The notes beneath the pieces were generated by a model that saw nothing but the letters and a program-made list of their open reading frames with translations, ran no database searches and was not told the DNA's origin. 64,000 bases of DNA from an uncultured delta proteobacterium (GTDB taxonomy: Bacteria; Bdellovibrionota; FAC87; UBA2466), in assembly GCA_963778115.1 (NCBI GenBank), contig CAVZSV010000004.1, positions 2,656,001 to 2,720,000 of the forward strand. The letters are read 5' to 3'. A program made the position numbers and the translations under genes. This document shows, one piece after another, positions 39,816 to 49,995 of this stretch; the stretch's first letter is position 1, and each line of letters opens with the position of its first letter.

Positions 39816-40592
39816 ATGTTTAATTTCACCAATAGGACCAAAGGCCATTCCGAGCTCAAAGGGGGCGAGCCTAAGTTTCTGGCGGGCCGCTACTCTCGAT
39901 TTAGCGAAGGGATTCGCATCGTCAAAATCGCCTGGGAGTTTCTCAGGGGGTTCCGCGCCTTTCATTTTATTGGGCCTGCAGTCACCATTTTTGGCTCGGC
40001 CCGATTTTCGGAGGGGCATCCCCACTATGCCACCGCAAGAACGCTGGGAGCGGGGTTAGCGAAACTGGGTTTTGTGGTGGTTACTGGGGGCGGCCCTGGT
40101 CTGATGGAGGCAGCCAGTCGAGGAGCTAAAGAGGCGGGCGGCTTTACCGTAGGTGCGAACATCATTTTACCGAAAGAACAAAAGGCCAATCCCTACCTCA
40201 GTCGGGTCATCACTTTTTACTATTTCTTCGTTAGAAAAGTCATTTTGATCAAGTACTCGATAGCTTACGTCGTAACCCCGGGTGGCTTTGGAACCTTAGA
40301 CGAAATGATGGAAGCTCTGATGCTAATTCAAAATGGAAAGCTATACCACTTTCCAGTCATTTTAGTGGGAGTCGATTATTGGAAGGGGCTTTTGGACTGG
40401 ATGCAGACTACCATGGTGAAAGATGCAGCCATCTCAGAGGGGGATCTTAAAGGCGTGGTTCTGACCGATGATGTGGAGGAAGTGCTCAAGTTGATAGCTA
40501 GCTCCGCTCAACACCTGGGCATTATTCCCAATATCCCAAAGTCCATGGAATCTCTTCCGGGACGTGACGGGAGCAAAATTTCCCGAGTATAG
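39816..40592 (+). CDS. LOG family (TIGR00730-type) nucleotide phosphoribohydrolase
   Basis: [26 protein letters not shown]. Confidence 0.92.
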   Translation: MFNFTNRTKGHSELKGGEPKFLAGRYSRFSEGIRIVKIAWEFLRGFRAFHFIGPAVTIFGSARFSEGHPHYATARTLGAGLAKLGFVVVTGGGPGLMEAASRGAKEAGGFTVGANIILPKEQKANPYLSRVITFYYFFVRKVILIKYSIAYVVTPGGFGTLDEMMEALMLIQNGKLYHFPVILVGVDYWKGLLDWMQTTMVKDAAISEGDLKGVVLTDDVEEVLKLIASSAQHLGIIPNIPKSMESLPGRDGSKISRV

Positions 40593-40639
40593 TCTCTAAA
40601 AGTAATTTTTTTTGGGGTTTTGAGTGCCGAACCGATGGA

Positions 40640-42178
40640 ATGAAGAAGTCTGGCGGGATCTCAGTCGATTCCGCACCCGATGCGCTGGTGATGGTGAACC
40701 ATCTGGGAGTCATCGTTTACGTGAATTCACAAACCGAAAATCTATTCGGATACGAACGCGAGCAACTAACGGGACAGCCCATCGAGAGTCTATTGCCTGA
40801 GCGCTTCCGAGAAAAACACGTGGGACAGAGAAATGGATATTTCGGTGGGCCCCGTCTTCGACCGATGGGGGCTGGACTTGAGCTATTTGCCCTTCGTAAG
40901 GATGGGACGGAATTTCCCGTTGAGATAAGTCTGAGTCCCATTACGACGAATACCGCGGAACTTGTCACTGCCGCCGTGCGAGATATTACCGAACGAAAGC
41001 GTGCCCAAGAGGAACTTAAGCGCGCCAGAGAAAGTGCGGAAGCGGCTAATCGATCAAAAAGCGAGTTTCTGGCTAATATGAGTCATGAAATCCGAACGCC
41101 GCTTGCCGGAATTATCGGATACGCCGAAATGATAGCTCTTTATTGCTCTACGGATGAAGAGCGAAAAACTTATATGGAGAAGATTCGTCGGTGTGCCACG
41201 AATCTCACCGACCTTATTAATGACATCTTAGACCTTTCGAAAGTCGAAGCGGGGGCCCTCAATGTAGAGAGCGTTCCGGTTTCATTAGTCTCTGAAGTGG
41301 AAAGTGTGGCTGGTCTGTTGCAAGCAAGGGCCGATGAAAAGAGTATTTCCCTCGATATTCTTTATGATAGGCCGCTTCCTCCCAAGATCAATTCGGACCC
41401 CACTCGAATGCGGCAGATTCTATTGAATATACTTGGAAACGGAATCAAGTTCACCGATCAGGGGAGTGTCAGTTTGCGAGTCTCTTGCGTGAACGACGAA
41501 ATCAAGTTCTCCGTGACCGATACCGGTTGTGGACTGAGCAAAGAGGAACAGGGAAGACTTTTTCAATCTTTTGCCCAAGCGGATAGCTCTACGACGCGAA
41601 AATACGGCGGGACCGGCTTGGGGCTCGCCTTATCTCGAAGGCTGGCCCGTGCCCTTGGAGGAGATCTCGTTATTTTCAATAGCCAACCAGATAAGGGGAG
41701 CACCTTTGTGCTTACCATTCCAACTGGACTAGGAAAGATATCCCGGCCGCGAGAGGGTCAAAAATCTTCGGAAGCGTCTAAGACCGAAAATAACAAGCTT
41801 CCTAAGCTAACTAATTTGCATATTCTTGTCGCTGAGGACAATCCCGATAATCGAGAACTGGTAACTCGATTTCTTTCGGAACAAGGGGCTAAAGTCGAAA
41901 TCGCAAAGAACGGCAGTGAAGCTTACCAGATGGCGAAAAAGAAAAATTATTCCGCAATTGTGATGGATATGCAGATGCCCGTACTAGATGGTTACGAAGC
42001 GACTCGACGACTTCGTGAGGAAGGAATCACTATCCCCATCATCGCTCTTACGGCACACGCAATGAAAGAGGAGCATGAAAAGTGTCTCGAATCAGGCTGC
42101 GATGCTTTTTTGGTTAAGCCAGTTAATGTGAGTGAACTAATTCAAACCTTCCATAAACTCTCGTCAACGAAACGGTAA
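40640..42178 (+). CDS. Cytoplasmic hybrid histidine kinase (PAS-HisKA-HATPase-REC)
   Basis: PAS ending [35 protein letters not shown]. Confidence 0.93.
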   Translation: MKKSGGISVDSAPDALVMVNHLGVIVYVNSQTENLFGYEREQLTGQPIESLLPERFREKHVGQRNGYFGGPRLRPMGAGLELFALRKDGTEFPVEISLSPITTNTAELVTAAVRDITERKRAQEELKRARESAEAANRSKSEFLANMSHEIRTPLAGIIGYAEMIALYCSTDEERKTYMEKIRRCATNLTDLINDILDLSKVEAGALNVESVPVSLVSEVESVAGLLQARADEKSISLDILYDRPLPPKINSDPTRMRQILLNILGNGIKFTDQGSVSLRVSCVNDEIKFSVTDTGCGLSKEEQGRLFQSFAQADSSTTRKYGGTGLGLALSRRLARALGGDLVIFNSQPDKGSTFVLTIPTGLGKISRPREGQKSSEASKTENNKLPKLTNLHILVAEDNPDNRELVTRFLSEQGAKVEIAKNGSEAYQMAKKKNYSAIVMDMQMPVLDGYEATRRLREEGITIPIIALTAHAMKEEHEKCLESGCDAFLVKPVNVSELIQTFHKLSSTKR

Positions 42179-42184
42179 AATCAC

Positions 42185-43546
42185 ATGCGATCTGCGATAC
42201 ATTTCTGGGGTGCGGCTGGAACTGTCACGGGCTCGAAATACTTAGTAGAGGCCGGAGATAGTCGTTTTCTCGTCGACTGTGGCCTTTTTCAGGGCATCAA
42301 AGAGCTAAGACAAAAAAACTGGTTACCCCTTCCGATGGATCCTAGAGCGATAGATGCGGTTATTTTGACCCACGCTCATTTAGATCATACGGGCTATCTT
42401 CCTCTATTAGTAAAGCACGGGTTTAAAGGGAAAATATTTTGCACTTCACCTACCAGAGATTTGACGCGCTTGGTGTTGCTTGATTCCGCCCATCTGCAGG
42501 AGGAAGATGCCGAGTACGCTAATCGTAAAGGCTTCACCAAACACTCTCCCGCCGAACCGCTCTATACGATTGCCGATGCTCAAAAGACGATTTCGCTTCT
42601 TACAACGGTGCAAAAGGACGTCTGGACCGCGCTCACGTCAAAGATTAAATTTCGATATCGCCCGAGTGGCCATATTTTAGGCTCCGCCTTCATCGAACTT
42701 GAAATTGGAAAAAGACGCATTGTCTTTTCGGGCGATCTAGGCCGATCCAAGCCTCTTCTGCTCCCAGCTCCCACAAAAATATCTGAAGCCGATTTTTTAC
42801 TTATTGAGTCTACTTACGGCGATCGAACTCACGAGAAAGAGTCGGTGTTCAAGCTTCTCTCCCATATTACTAATGAGACCACCAGTCGAAAGGGAGTCTT
42901 GCTAATTCCTTGTTTTGCGATCGGACGGACGCAAGATCTTCTGTACTGTTTCACCAAATTAAGGAAGGAGGGAAAAATTGCGAACCTTCCCGTTTTTGTG
43001 GATAGCCCCATGGGGGTCAATGCCACTGAAATATTTTTGAACCATCCCGACTGGCACCGCTTGCCGGCCGCCGAAGCCAAAGAGATGATCCAAAGCGTTG
43101 TTCTGGTAAAGGATAGGCAACAATCCAAAGCGCTCCTCAGTAGAAGAGGCAGTGCCATCATCATTGCCGGTAGTGGCATGGTGACGGGTGGACGAATTCT
43201 TCATCACCTCTCGGCTCGCGTTGGGGACAGCAGAAATACGGTGCTTTTAGTAGGCTTTCAGGCGGCCGGAACTCGTGGGCGCTTACTCAGAGACGGAGTC
43301 ACAGAACTTAAAATTCACGGAGAATATTTACCCGTAAAAGCCAATGTCTCCGAAATAGGGAGTCTTTCCGCCCATGCCGATCAGCCCGAGACCATTCACT
43401 GGCTCAAAGGATTTAAAACGCCTCCGAAGACCACTTTCGTTGTTCACGGAGAACCCCAAGCCTCTGATGCGTTACGCCTTCGCATCGAAGACACTCTGAA
43501 TTGGAATGTTCGCATCCCCGCTCTGGGAGAGTGCTTTGAACTTTAA
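42185..43546 (+). CDS. MBL-fold beta-CASP ribonuclease
   Basis: VTGS, VDCG, THAHLDH, ESTYG, SAHAD, VHGE. Confidence 0.92.
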   Translation: MRSAIHFWGAAGTVTGSKYLVEAGDSRFLVDCGLFQGIKELRQKNWLPLPMDPRAIDAVILTHAHLDHTGYLPLLVKHGFKGKIFCTSPTRDLTRLVLLDSAHLQEEDAEYANRKGFTKHSPAEPLYTIADAQKTISLLTTVQKDVWTALTSKIKFRYRPSGHILGSAFIELEIGKRRIVFSGDLGRSKPLLLPAPTKISEADFLLIESTYGDRTHEKESVFKLLSHITNETTSRKGVLLIPCFAIGRTQDLLYCFTKLRKEGKIANLPVFVDSPMGVNATEIFLNHPDWHRLPAAEAKEMIQSVVLVKDRQQSKALLSRRGSAIIIAGSGMVTGGRILHHLSARVGDSRNTVLLVGFQAAGTRGRLLRDGVTELKIHGEYLPVKANVSEIGSLSAHADQPETIHWLKGFKTPPKTTFVVHGEPQASDALRLRIEDTLNWNVRIPALGECFEL

Positions 43547-44970
43547 TTTTTTTCAGCCGACTCTTGCTCGCTCTCTTGAGCGGGGTCAACTTCCGTAAGT
43601 CCGTATTCGCGCTCTTTGCGGTAAAGCGTTCGTCGATTAATTCCCAAAATCTGTGCTGCCTTATCCTTGCGGCCCGCCGTTTTTTGCAATACCACGCGCA
43701 TATACCTCTCTTCCACCTGAGTGAGGGTCGGAAAATCCTGGGTCATGTTCTTAAAAGCTTCTTCCGGATTTGCAGTTTCTGGATCGGGAAGATCGGTCTG
43801 CTCAATGGCGCTTCCCCTGCATAGCACCACAGCGCGTTCGATGACATTTTCTAACTCTCTCACATTTCCGCGCCATTTAAGCTTTAAGAGCTTCTCCATG
43901 GCGGCTTTGGTAAAACCCCTGACTCTGCGCATCTCTCCGGGTGATCGATTTTCAGCGTTGTATTTTTCCAGAAAATGTTCGGCCAGTAGAGGAATGTCTT
44001 CGGGACGACTGCGAAGCGGAGGCAGTTGAATCGGAATGACACTTAGGCGGTAGTATAGATCTTCACGGAAGCTTCCTTCGCGAATTCCTACTTTAAGATC
44101 TTTGTGAGTGGCCGAGATAACGCGGACATTCACATCGATCATGATGTTGTCGCCCACCGGACGAATCTTTCTCTCTTGGAGCACTCGAAGCAGCTTCGCT
44201 TGGAGGGCTGGGCTCATGTCGCCTATCTCATCCAGAAAAAGAGTCCCTTCATTGGCCTCTTCGATTAAACCCTTCTTTCTCGTGGCTGCTCCCGTGAAGG
44301 ATCCCTTAGCGTGGCCGAAAAGTTCGGACTCTAAGAGAGTTTCAGGGATCGCAGTGCAATTAATAGCGATAAAGGGACGAGTCGCGCGTGGGCCTAGGCT
44401 GTGGATCGCTCTTGCTACCATCTCTTTTCCGGTTCCGCTTTCTCCTTGAATGAGAACGTTGGAGGTGGTGGGAGCCACTCGCTCGATCAGATCAAACACC
44501 GTTTTCATGTTGGGACTTTTGCCCAGGATGTTTTCAAGTTCCCATTTTTTTTGAACTTGTTTACGAAGCACCTGATTATCTAGGGCTAAGATTCTCTTTT
44601 CCATTGCCCGTTCGAGATTGATGCTTAGCTCGGTCAATTTGAAGGGCTTCACCAGATAGTGGAAAGCACCGTTCCGCATCGCTTCGATCGCGGTATCCAC
44701 GCTTCCGTAACCGGTAATCACGATCACCGGAAGAGCGGGCATTTCCGTTTTTAGCGTCTTTAGGAGTTGCATCCCATCCATCTGCGCCATTTTCAGATCT
44801 GAAATAACGACATCGAATCCACTTCCGCAGTCGCGAAGTTTTGTTAACGCTTCGGTTGCGGAAGCCAAACAGGTGACCTCATACCCCTCTTTTCCCAGAA
44901 AATCGGAGATAAGACTTCTCATCTCCGCATCGTCATCGACCGCCAGAACCTTGCCTTTTTCGCCTTTCAT
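43543..44970 (-). CDS. sigma54-dependent response regulator (REC-AAA+-Fis HTH; NtrC/AtoC/ZraR family)
   Basis: GESGTGKE, GSFTGA, FLDEI, REDLYYRL, GINRRTLYRK. Confidence 0.95.
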   Translation of the reverse strand: MKGEKGKVLAVDDDAEMRSLISDFLGKEGYEVTCLASATEALTKLRDCGSGFDVVISDLKMAQMDGMQLLKTLKTEMPALPVIVITGYGSVDTAIEAMRNGAFHYLVKPFKLTELSINLERAMEKRILALDNQVLRKQVQKKWELENILGKSPNMKTVFDLIERVAPTTSNVLIQGESGTGKEMVARAIHSLGPRATRPFIAINCTAIPETLLESELFGHAKGSFTGAATRKKGLIEEANEGTLFLDEIGDMSPALQAKLLRVLQERKIRPVGDNIMIDVNVRVISATHKDLKVGIREGSFREDLYYRLSVIPIQLPPLRSRPEDIPLLAEHFLEKYNAENRSPGEMRRVRGFTKAAMEKLLKLKWRGNVRELENVIERAVVLCRGSAIEQTDLPDPETANPEEAFKNMTQDFPTLTQVEERYMRVVLQKTAGRKDKAAQILGINRRTLYRKEREYGLTEVDPAQESEQESAEKN

Positions 44971-44994
44971 GGAATCGCCTCGATTTCCGCTAAT

Positions 44995-45028
44995 GGGTCA
45001 AAATAGCCCTTAAGGGACTTTTTGTCAC
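44995..45028. promoter_or_regulatory. Tandem candidate enhancer (UAS) palindromes
   Basis: GGGTCAAAATAGCCC and GGGACTTTTTGTCAC; similar sites at 38516, 46131 and 37357. Confidence 0.55.
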
Positions 45029-45075
45029 TTAAATCCACTGCCCTTAAAGCCCAATGCTTTCAGTCTCCTAGCTAA

Positions 45076-45091
45076 AGCAGCTTTCATGCCA
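45076..45091 (-). promoter_or_regulatory. Candidate sigma54 promoter facing the activator gene
   Basis: TGGCATGAAAGCTGCT on the minus strand. Confidence 0.5.
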
Positions 45092-45107
45092 CGGCACTAA
45101 CGTTGCA
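45092..45107 (+). promoter_or_regulatory. sigma54 promoter of ldhA
   Basis: CGGCACTAACGTTGCA. Confidence 0.7.
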
Positions 45108-45130
45108 ATTGCTTGTCCTCAAGGAGTTCT

Positions 45131-46132
45131 ATGAAGGTCGCATTTTTTGACGCCCATGAATTTGAACGAGAGTATTTCGAGGTTGCTAACTCGCAGCGTC
45201 ATAAGATCGCCTACCTGGAAACGAGGCTTACGGCCGCCACAGCGGGCTTGGCTCAGGGATGCTTAGCGGTGTGCAGTTTTGCCAACGATCGTATCGATAG
45301 GGAGGCGCTTAGAATCTTGAAAAGTTCGGGGGTGAAACTGATAGCGCTAAGATGCGCCGGCTTTAATCACGTCGATCTGCTTGCAGCGAAACAGATGCAA
45401 ATCCCGGTGGTTCGAGTCCCCGCCTATTCCCCTTATGCGATCGCCGAACACGCCACCGCTTTAATTCTCGAACTCAATCGGAAACTAAATCGCGCCTATT
45501 ATCGCGTGAGAGAGGGAAATTTCTCTTTAGGAGGACTTGTTGGGTTTGATCTGCACGGAAAGACCGCAGGTATTGTGGGCACGGGGCGAATTGGGTGTGC
45601 TTTCGCTAGTATCATGGCTGGCTTTGGCTGCAAGGTAGTGGCGTACGACATCGTTGCTAATTTGGATTTGGAGACACGACTAGGGGTTCGCTATGTGAGT
45701 CTAGCGGAGCTGTATGCTACCTCTCACATCATCTCATTACATCTTCCGCTCACTCCAAAGACCGTTCATATGGTGAATTCGACTTCGCTCTCTCAAATGA
45801 AAAAAGGGGTGATGATAATCAATACCAGCAGAGGGGCTCTTATCGACACTCACGCTCTCATCGAATCGCTCAAGAGTGGGCATATCGGATTTGCGGGGTT
45901 AGATGTCTATGAAGAGGAGGAGGGAATCTTTTTTGAAGACCTTTCCGATAAAGTTTTGCAGGACGATCAGTTAGCAAGGCTTCTTACCTTTCCCAATGTT
46001 TTTGTGACAGCGCACCAAGGTTTTCTTACTCAAGAGGCGCTGGCGAAGATAGCGCAGACGACTCTTCAAAACATTTCGGATTTCGAAAACGGTAAGGCTT
46101 TAACGAATGAAGTTAAAGCGGATACCCCGTGA
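45131..46132 (+). CDS. ldhA: D-lactate dehydrogenase (D-2-hydroxyacid dehydrogenase)
   Basis: LRCAGFN.VD, RVPAYSPYA.AEH, GTGRIG, NTSRG, LDVYEEE, AHQ.FLT. Confidence 0.9.
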   Translation: MKVAFFDAHEFEREYFEVANSQRHKIAYLETRLTAATAGLAQGCLAVCSFANDRIDREALRILKSSGVKLIALRCAGFNHVDLLAAKQMQIPVVRVPAYSPYAIAEHATALILELNRKLNRAYYRVREGNFSLGGLVGFDLHGKTAGIVGTGRIGCAFASIMAGFGCKVVAYDIVANLDLETRLGVRYVSLAELYATSHIISLHLPLTPKTVHMVNSTSLSQMKKGVMIINTSRGALIDTHALIESLKSGHIGFAGLDVYEEEEGIFFEDLSDKVLQDDQLARLLTFPNVFVTAHQGFLTQEALAKIAQTTLQNISDFENGKALTNEVKADTP

Positions 46133-46206
46133 GACATAATGGCCCAGAGCCCGCTTTATATGTCCCGGCGAAGGGGCTTTTACGCCTAAATCGCGGTCCA
46201 TTCTGA

Positions 46207-46222
46207 TGGCATGCCGAGTGCA
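46207..46222 (+). promoter_or_regulatory. sigma54 promoter of the USP operon
   Basis: TGGCATGCCGAGTGCA. Confidence 0.65.
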
Positions 46223-46260
46223 TTATCTTGCTCTCAGAGACGTAGAAGAGGAGAAGGAAA

Positions 46261-47265
46261 ATGAAATCCATTTCAACCGCAAAAAGAGTGATCTGGGCCG
46301 TAGATGCCTTTACCGAAGATCGCAGGCTTCATCAAAAAGCGATCTCAGTGCTTAAGGCGTGGAGCAAACAGAGCGAACTAGTAATCGAGCCGGTGTTCGT
46401 GATGAGTCCCGATCAAATATTTGCCCCGCCTGAAGTATTTGCCCACATTTCAGAAGGATTTCAGGGGGAGGCCAGAATGCGCTTGAAAGGATTAATGAAG
46501 AAAGCGGGCTTAGCCGGTCTTCTTGAACCTACGTTTTTAGAATCCAATACCTTCTCGCTTCGGATGGCGGTTCAAACGTTATTGGATTATGCAAGGCAGA
46601 CGAAAGCCGAATTTATTTTGGCCAGCACGCAATCTAAAAAGGGGGTGACGAGATTTTTATTCGGAAGTTTTGCCGAAAGCCTAGTATTGCAATCTGAAAT
46701 CCCCGTTTTCCTAGTGAGTCCGAAAACGGTTCCCTCGGCGCTAAAACATGTACTTTTTGCCAGCGACTTCAGTGACAAATCCAAAGAGGCTTTTAAGGAG
46801 ATCGCAAGAGAGGCAAAGGAACGCAACTTTAAGATCACCGTTTATAACAAAGTTGAGTACCTAACCGACTACTCGATGGCTTATATCACCGCTTCAAGCG
46901 TGTACCAAAAAATTGTCGACCAGGATCTCTTGAAAAGAAAAGCGCAAGCCAATGATTTGGTCGAGTGGGCAAAGGGGCAAGGGGTTGAGGCCGAAGTCTT
47001 TGTGGATGATAAGTCCAAAGAAGTGAATGTCGCCGCAGCTATCTTGAAAGCTACCTCAAAGGTGAAAGCAGATACCATCGCGATCGCCTCTCAGAGCGGT
47101 AGAGTCGCCAGTGCGATTTTGGGGAGTGTGACCCGCCAAGTGGTGAGATCGGCAAAACACCCCGTTTGGGTAGTGCATCCCCAAAATATCGAACAGGCAA
47201 TACCCGGTAAGAAATCCTCCATGCCGCTGTCGAGCCCGGATAAGAAAGGAGCGGTCGCAGTATGA
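46261..47265 (+). CDS. Tandem-domain universal stress protein
   Basis: FGSFAESLV..SEIPV and LGSVTRQVVR.AKHPV. Confidence 0.9.
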   Translation: MKSISTAKRVIWAVDAFTEDRRLHQKAISVLKAWSKQSELVIEPVFVMSPDQIFAPPEVFAHISEGFQGEARMRLKGLMKKAGLAGLLEPTFLESNTFSLRMAVQTLLDYARQTKAEFILASTQSKKGVTRFLFGSFAESLVLQSEIPVFLVSPKTVPSALKHVLFASDFSDKSKEAFKEIAREAKERNFKITVYNKVEYLTDYSMAYITASSVYQKIVDQDLLKRKAQANDLVEWAKGQGVEAEVFVDDKSKEVNVAAAILKATSKVKADTIAIASQSGRVASAILGSVTRQVVRSAKHPVWVVHPQNIEQAIPGKKSSMPLSSPDKKGAVAV

Positions 47266-48434
47266 AATCACAAATGGGTTGGCTAAGTCTGGTCAGTGTG
47301 GCGGTTGCGTTACTCTCCTCCACACCCTCTTTCGGGGCCGAGGAAAATGTGAAATGGCGCGAAAAGATGCATGCTTTGGCTAAGACCATGAGTGAATTAC
47401 TCCCCGAACTCTTTTCTAAGAAAGGCGATCCAGCCATTATCGAAAAGGATGCGAAGACTCTCTCGGAACTCTCGCACAGTCTAAAGCCTGGATTGATGAC
47501 CGGAAAAATGGTTCCTCCCGAAGACGCCGATCCTAGTTTACAAATTATAGCGACTCGATTTTCGGATGAAACAAAATCGGCCTACCGAGCGATCCATGCT
47601 GGTAACTTAGAGTATGGAAAAAATAGACTGAAAACAATTACGAGTTATTGTATTTCGTGCCATACGCGCCATGACAAAGGGCCTAACTTTCCCGTTTTTC
47701 CCTTAGATCCCAAGACCGAGCAGCTAGGCCCTGAAGAAAAAGCTGCCCTTTTCGTAGCTACCCGCCAGTTTGATAAGGGCCTTGAAGCTTTCGAAGCCTT
47801 AATCAAGGACAACGATTTTGCTAAGAAGCGCCCCTTTGAGTGGGAACAGGCTGTTCGAAGCGCCCTAGCTATCTCTATCAAGGTAAAAAACGATCCCGTA
47901 AGTGCGAAGCAGATTGTGGACCTGGCACTAAAATCGCCCACACTTCCCGACTATTCCCGTTCTTACCTTACCAAATGGCAGAGGGCGATTGAAACCTGGA
48001 AAAAGGAAGGCCCTCCCCAAGCCACTGGGGATATCGCCTTGCTTAATCAAGTGCGAAATCTGATGAGCGAAGCGAAGCAGGCTCAACTTTTTCCGATCGA
48101 TCATTGCTCAGATGTGCAGTTTCTAAGGGCGTCTGCAGTGGCTCACGATCTATTACGTCAGGAAAAAAATCCAAAAGTAAGAGCGGAGGGACTCTTAGCG
48201 ATCGGAAACGTCACGGAGGTCATGGGTAATTACCTCATGTGGCCGCTGCAGGATTCTTATTATGAAGCTTGCATCCGGGAAGTTCCGCATTCGACTTTGG
48301 CGCAGCAATGTTACGAGCAATATGAACAATCGGTCTATATGGGTTTCACGGGCAGTGCCGGGACCTTTATTCCCGACGATACGCAAGAGGTTTTGTCGGA
48401 ATTAAAAGCGCTTGCGAAACCCAAAGGGAAATAA
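47262..48434 (+). CDS. Secreted monoheme cytochrome c with helical (TPR-like) C-terminus
   Basis: Signal peptide, W..KM..L, CISCH. Confidence 0.7.
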   Translation: MKSQMGWLSLVSVAVALLSSTPSFGAEENVKWREKMHALAKTMSELLPELFSKKGDPAIIEKDAKTLSELSHSLKPGLMTGKMVPPEDADPSLQIIATRFSDETKSAYRAIHAGNLEYGKNRLKTITSYCISCHTRHDKGPNFPVFPLDPKTEQLGPEEKAALFVATRQFDKGLEAFEALIKDNDFAKKRPFEWEQAVRSALAISIKVKNDPVSAKQIVDLALKSPTLPDYSRSYLTKWQRAIETWKKEGPPQATGDIALLNQVRNLMSEAKQAQLFPIDHCSDVQFLRASAVAHDLLRQEKNPKVRAEGLLAIGNVTEVMGNYLMWPLQDSYYEACIREVPHSTLAQQCYEQYEQSVYMGFTGSAGTFIPDDTQEVLSELKALAKPKGK

Positions 48435-48435
48435 G

Positions 48436-49620
48436 ATGGAGACGAAGTGTTTTCCGAAGGCAAAGATGCCTATGGTCGACGAACAAGGGGTGTTATTCGC
48501 TTGTGTTCAAGGATCTAACGACGCCATCATGCTGACGGATGTTAAGGGCGTTATCTTCTTCGTGAACACTGCTTGGCAAAGACTCTTCGGTTACTCGAGC
48601 AATGAGGCCTTAGGCCAAACTCCTCGTCTTCTAAGATCCGCCCATCACGAAACAGGTTTCTATCATCGCATGTGGTCAGATATTCTTGACCCCGCAAAGA
48701 AAGCGTGGCGGGGGGAGGTTATCAATTTGACAAAAGACGGAAGAGAAATTCCGGTTTGGCTGACCATCAGTCCTTTCCTTGATAATCAAAATCAGATCTC
48801 CGGTTACATGTCCGTTGCCTGCGATCTTTCGGAACAAAAGAAAATGCAGATGCGGATTCAATGGCAAGATAGACTCACCACTCTGGGCCTTCTAACGGAA
48901 GGACTCGCTCATGAAATGGGGACGCCATTAGGAGTGGCGCGCGGGAGAGCAGAATATTTGATGCGGCTATCCGCGGAAGATTCGTTCGCTAGAAAGAATC
49001 TTTCCACGATCGTCACCCAAATAGACAAGGTTTCTAAATTAATGGAGGCTCTGCAAAATCTCTCTCAAAACGATACTTCGGAAATTCGGATACCGGTCAA
49101 TATCGCCAAAGTGGTCAGTTCCGTTCAAAGGCTTATCGAAGGAAAGTTACTCGTTAGCGGAATCACCTTTACCTCCACGATCTCCAACGATGCCCTGGTC
49201 TACGCCGAGCCGAGTAAGCTGGGCCAGGTTTTAATAAGCCTTTGCATCAATTCCATCCATGCTTTGGAAGACGCAAAAAACTCAAACGCCAAGCATCCTC
49301 TTTTTATCAAATTGACTGCCTCCGAAAAGGACAAGTATTGGGAGATTGCGGTGGCCGATAACGGCGGGGGAATTGCAGAAGACAGTGTAAAACACCTATT
49401 TAAACCTTTCTTTACTACCAAAGAGGTCGGGGTGGGAACGGGATTGGGACTCGCAGCAGTTAACGAGGTCGTGCGTCACTGGAACGGACATATCGATTTG
49501 GAAAATATCCCCGGCTCTGGCGTCACCTTTAAGATAGTGATTCCCAAAGCCAATGTTCCTCAAGCCGTAGAGAAACAAGGAGGGTTAGATGGTAGCAAGG
49601 CCGCAAATCTTGGTAGTTGA
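48436..49620 (+). CDS. Cytoplasmic PAS sensor histidine kinase (NtrB-like)
   Basis: PAS/PAC, AHEMGTPL, DNGGG, PFFTTK, GTGLGL. Confidence 0.92.
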   Translation: METKCFPKAKMPMVDEQGVLFACVQGSNDAIMLTDVKGVIFFVNTAWQRLFGYSSNEALGQTPRLLRSAHHETGFYHRMWSDILDPAKKAWRGEVINLTKDGREIPVWLTISPFLDNQNQISGYMSVACDLSEQKKMQMRIQWQDRLTTLGLLTEGLAHEMGTPLGVARGRAEYLMRLSAEDSFARKNLSTIVTQIDKVSKLMEALQNLSQNDTSEIRIPVNIAKVVSSVQRLIEGKLLVSGITFTSTISNDALVYAEPSKLGQVLISLCINSIHALEDAKNSNAKHPLFIKLTASEKDKYWEIAVADNGGGIAEDSVKHLFKPFFTTKEVGVGTGLGLAAVNEVVRHWNGHIDLENIPGSGVTFKIVIPKANVPQAVEKQGGLDGSKAANLGS

Positions 49621-49981
49621 TGACGATCGCGAGATGGTGTTTCTTCTTAAAGAATTTCTCACTCGCCAAGGATACGATGTCGCCGTAGCGAACTCCGGTC
49701 AGAGCGCCTTGCGTTTTTTTGGTAAAGGGATGGTTAAATCTCCCGAAATTGTGGTGTCCGATGTAAAAATGAGTCCAGTAAATGGCCTCGAGCTGGCTAC
49801 AGCGCTTCAAGCGCATCAGCCCAACCTTCCCGTCATTCTTTTTAGCGCTTACGCGAATGGAAACCTTGAAGTGGCCGCGGAAGAGGCGGGGGCTATTCGA
49901 TTTTTGAGAAAGCCTTTTGGTTTGTTAGAGATTGCAGACCTGGTGAAAGAGGAGCTCGAAAAGCTCCCGGGGAAAAAATAG
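49589..49981 (+). CDS. Single-domain response regulator
   Basis: ILVVDDD, SDVKM..NG, FLRKPF. Confidence 0.9.
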   Translation: MVARPQILVVDDDREMVFLLKEFLTRQGYDVAVANSGQSALRFFGKGMVKSPEIVVSDVKMSPVNGLELATALQAHQPNLPVILFSAYANGNLEVAAEEAGAIRFLRKPFGLLEIADLVKEELEKLPGKK

Positions 49982-49995
49982 CAAGGAGATCTTCG

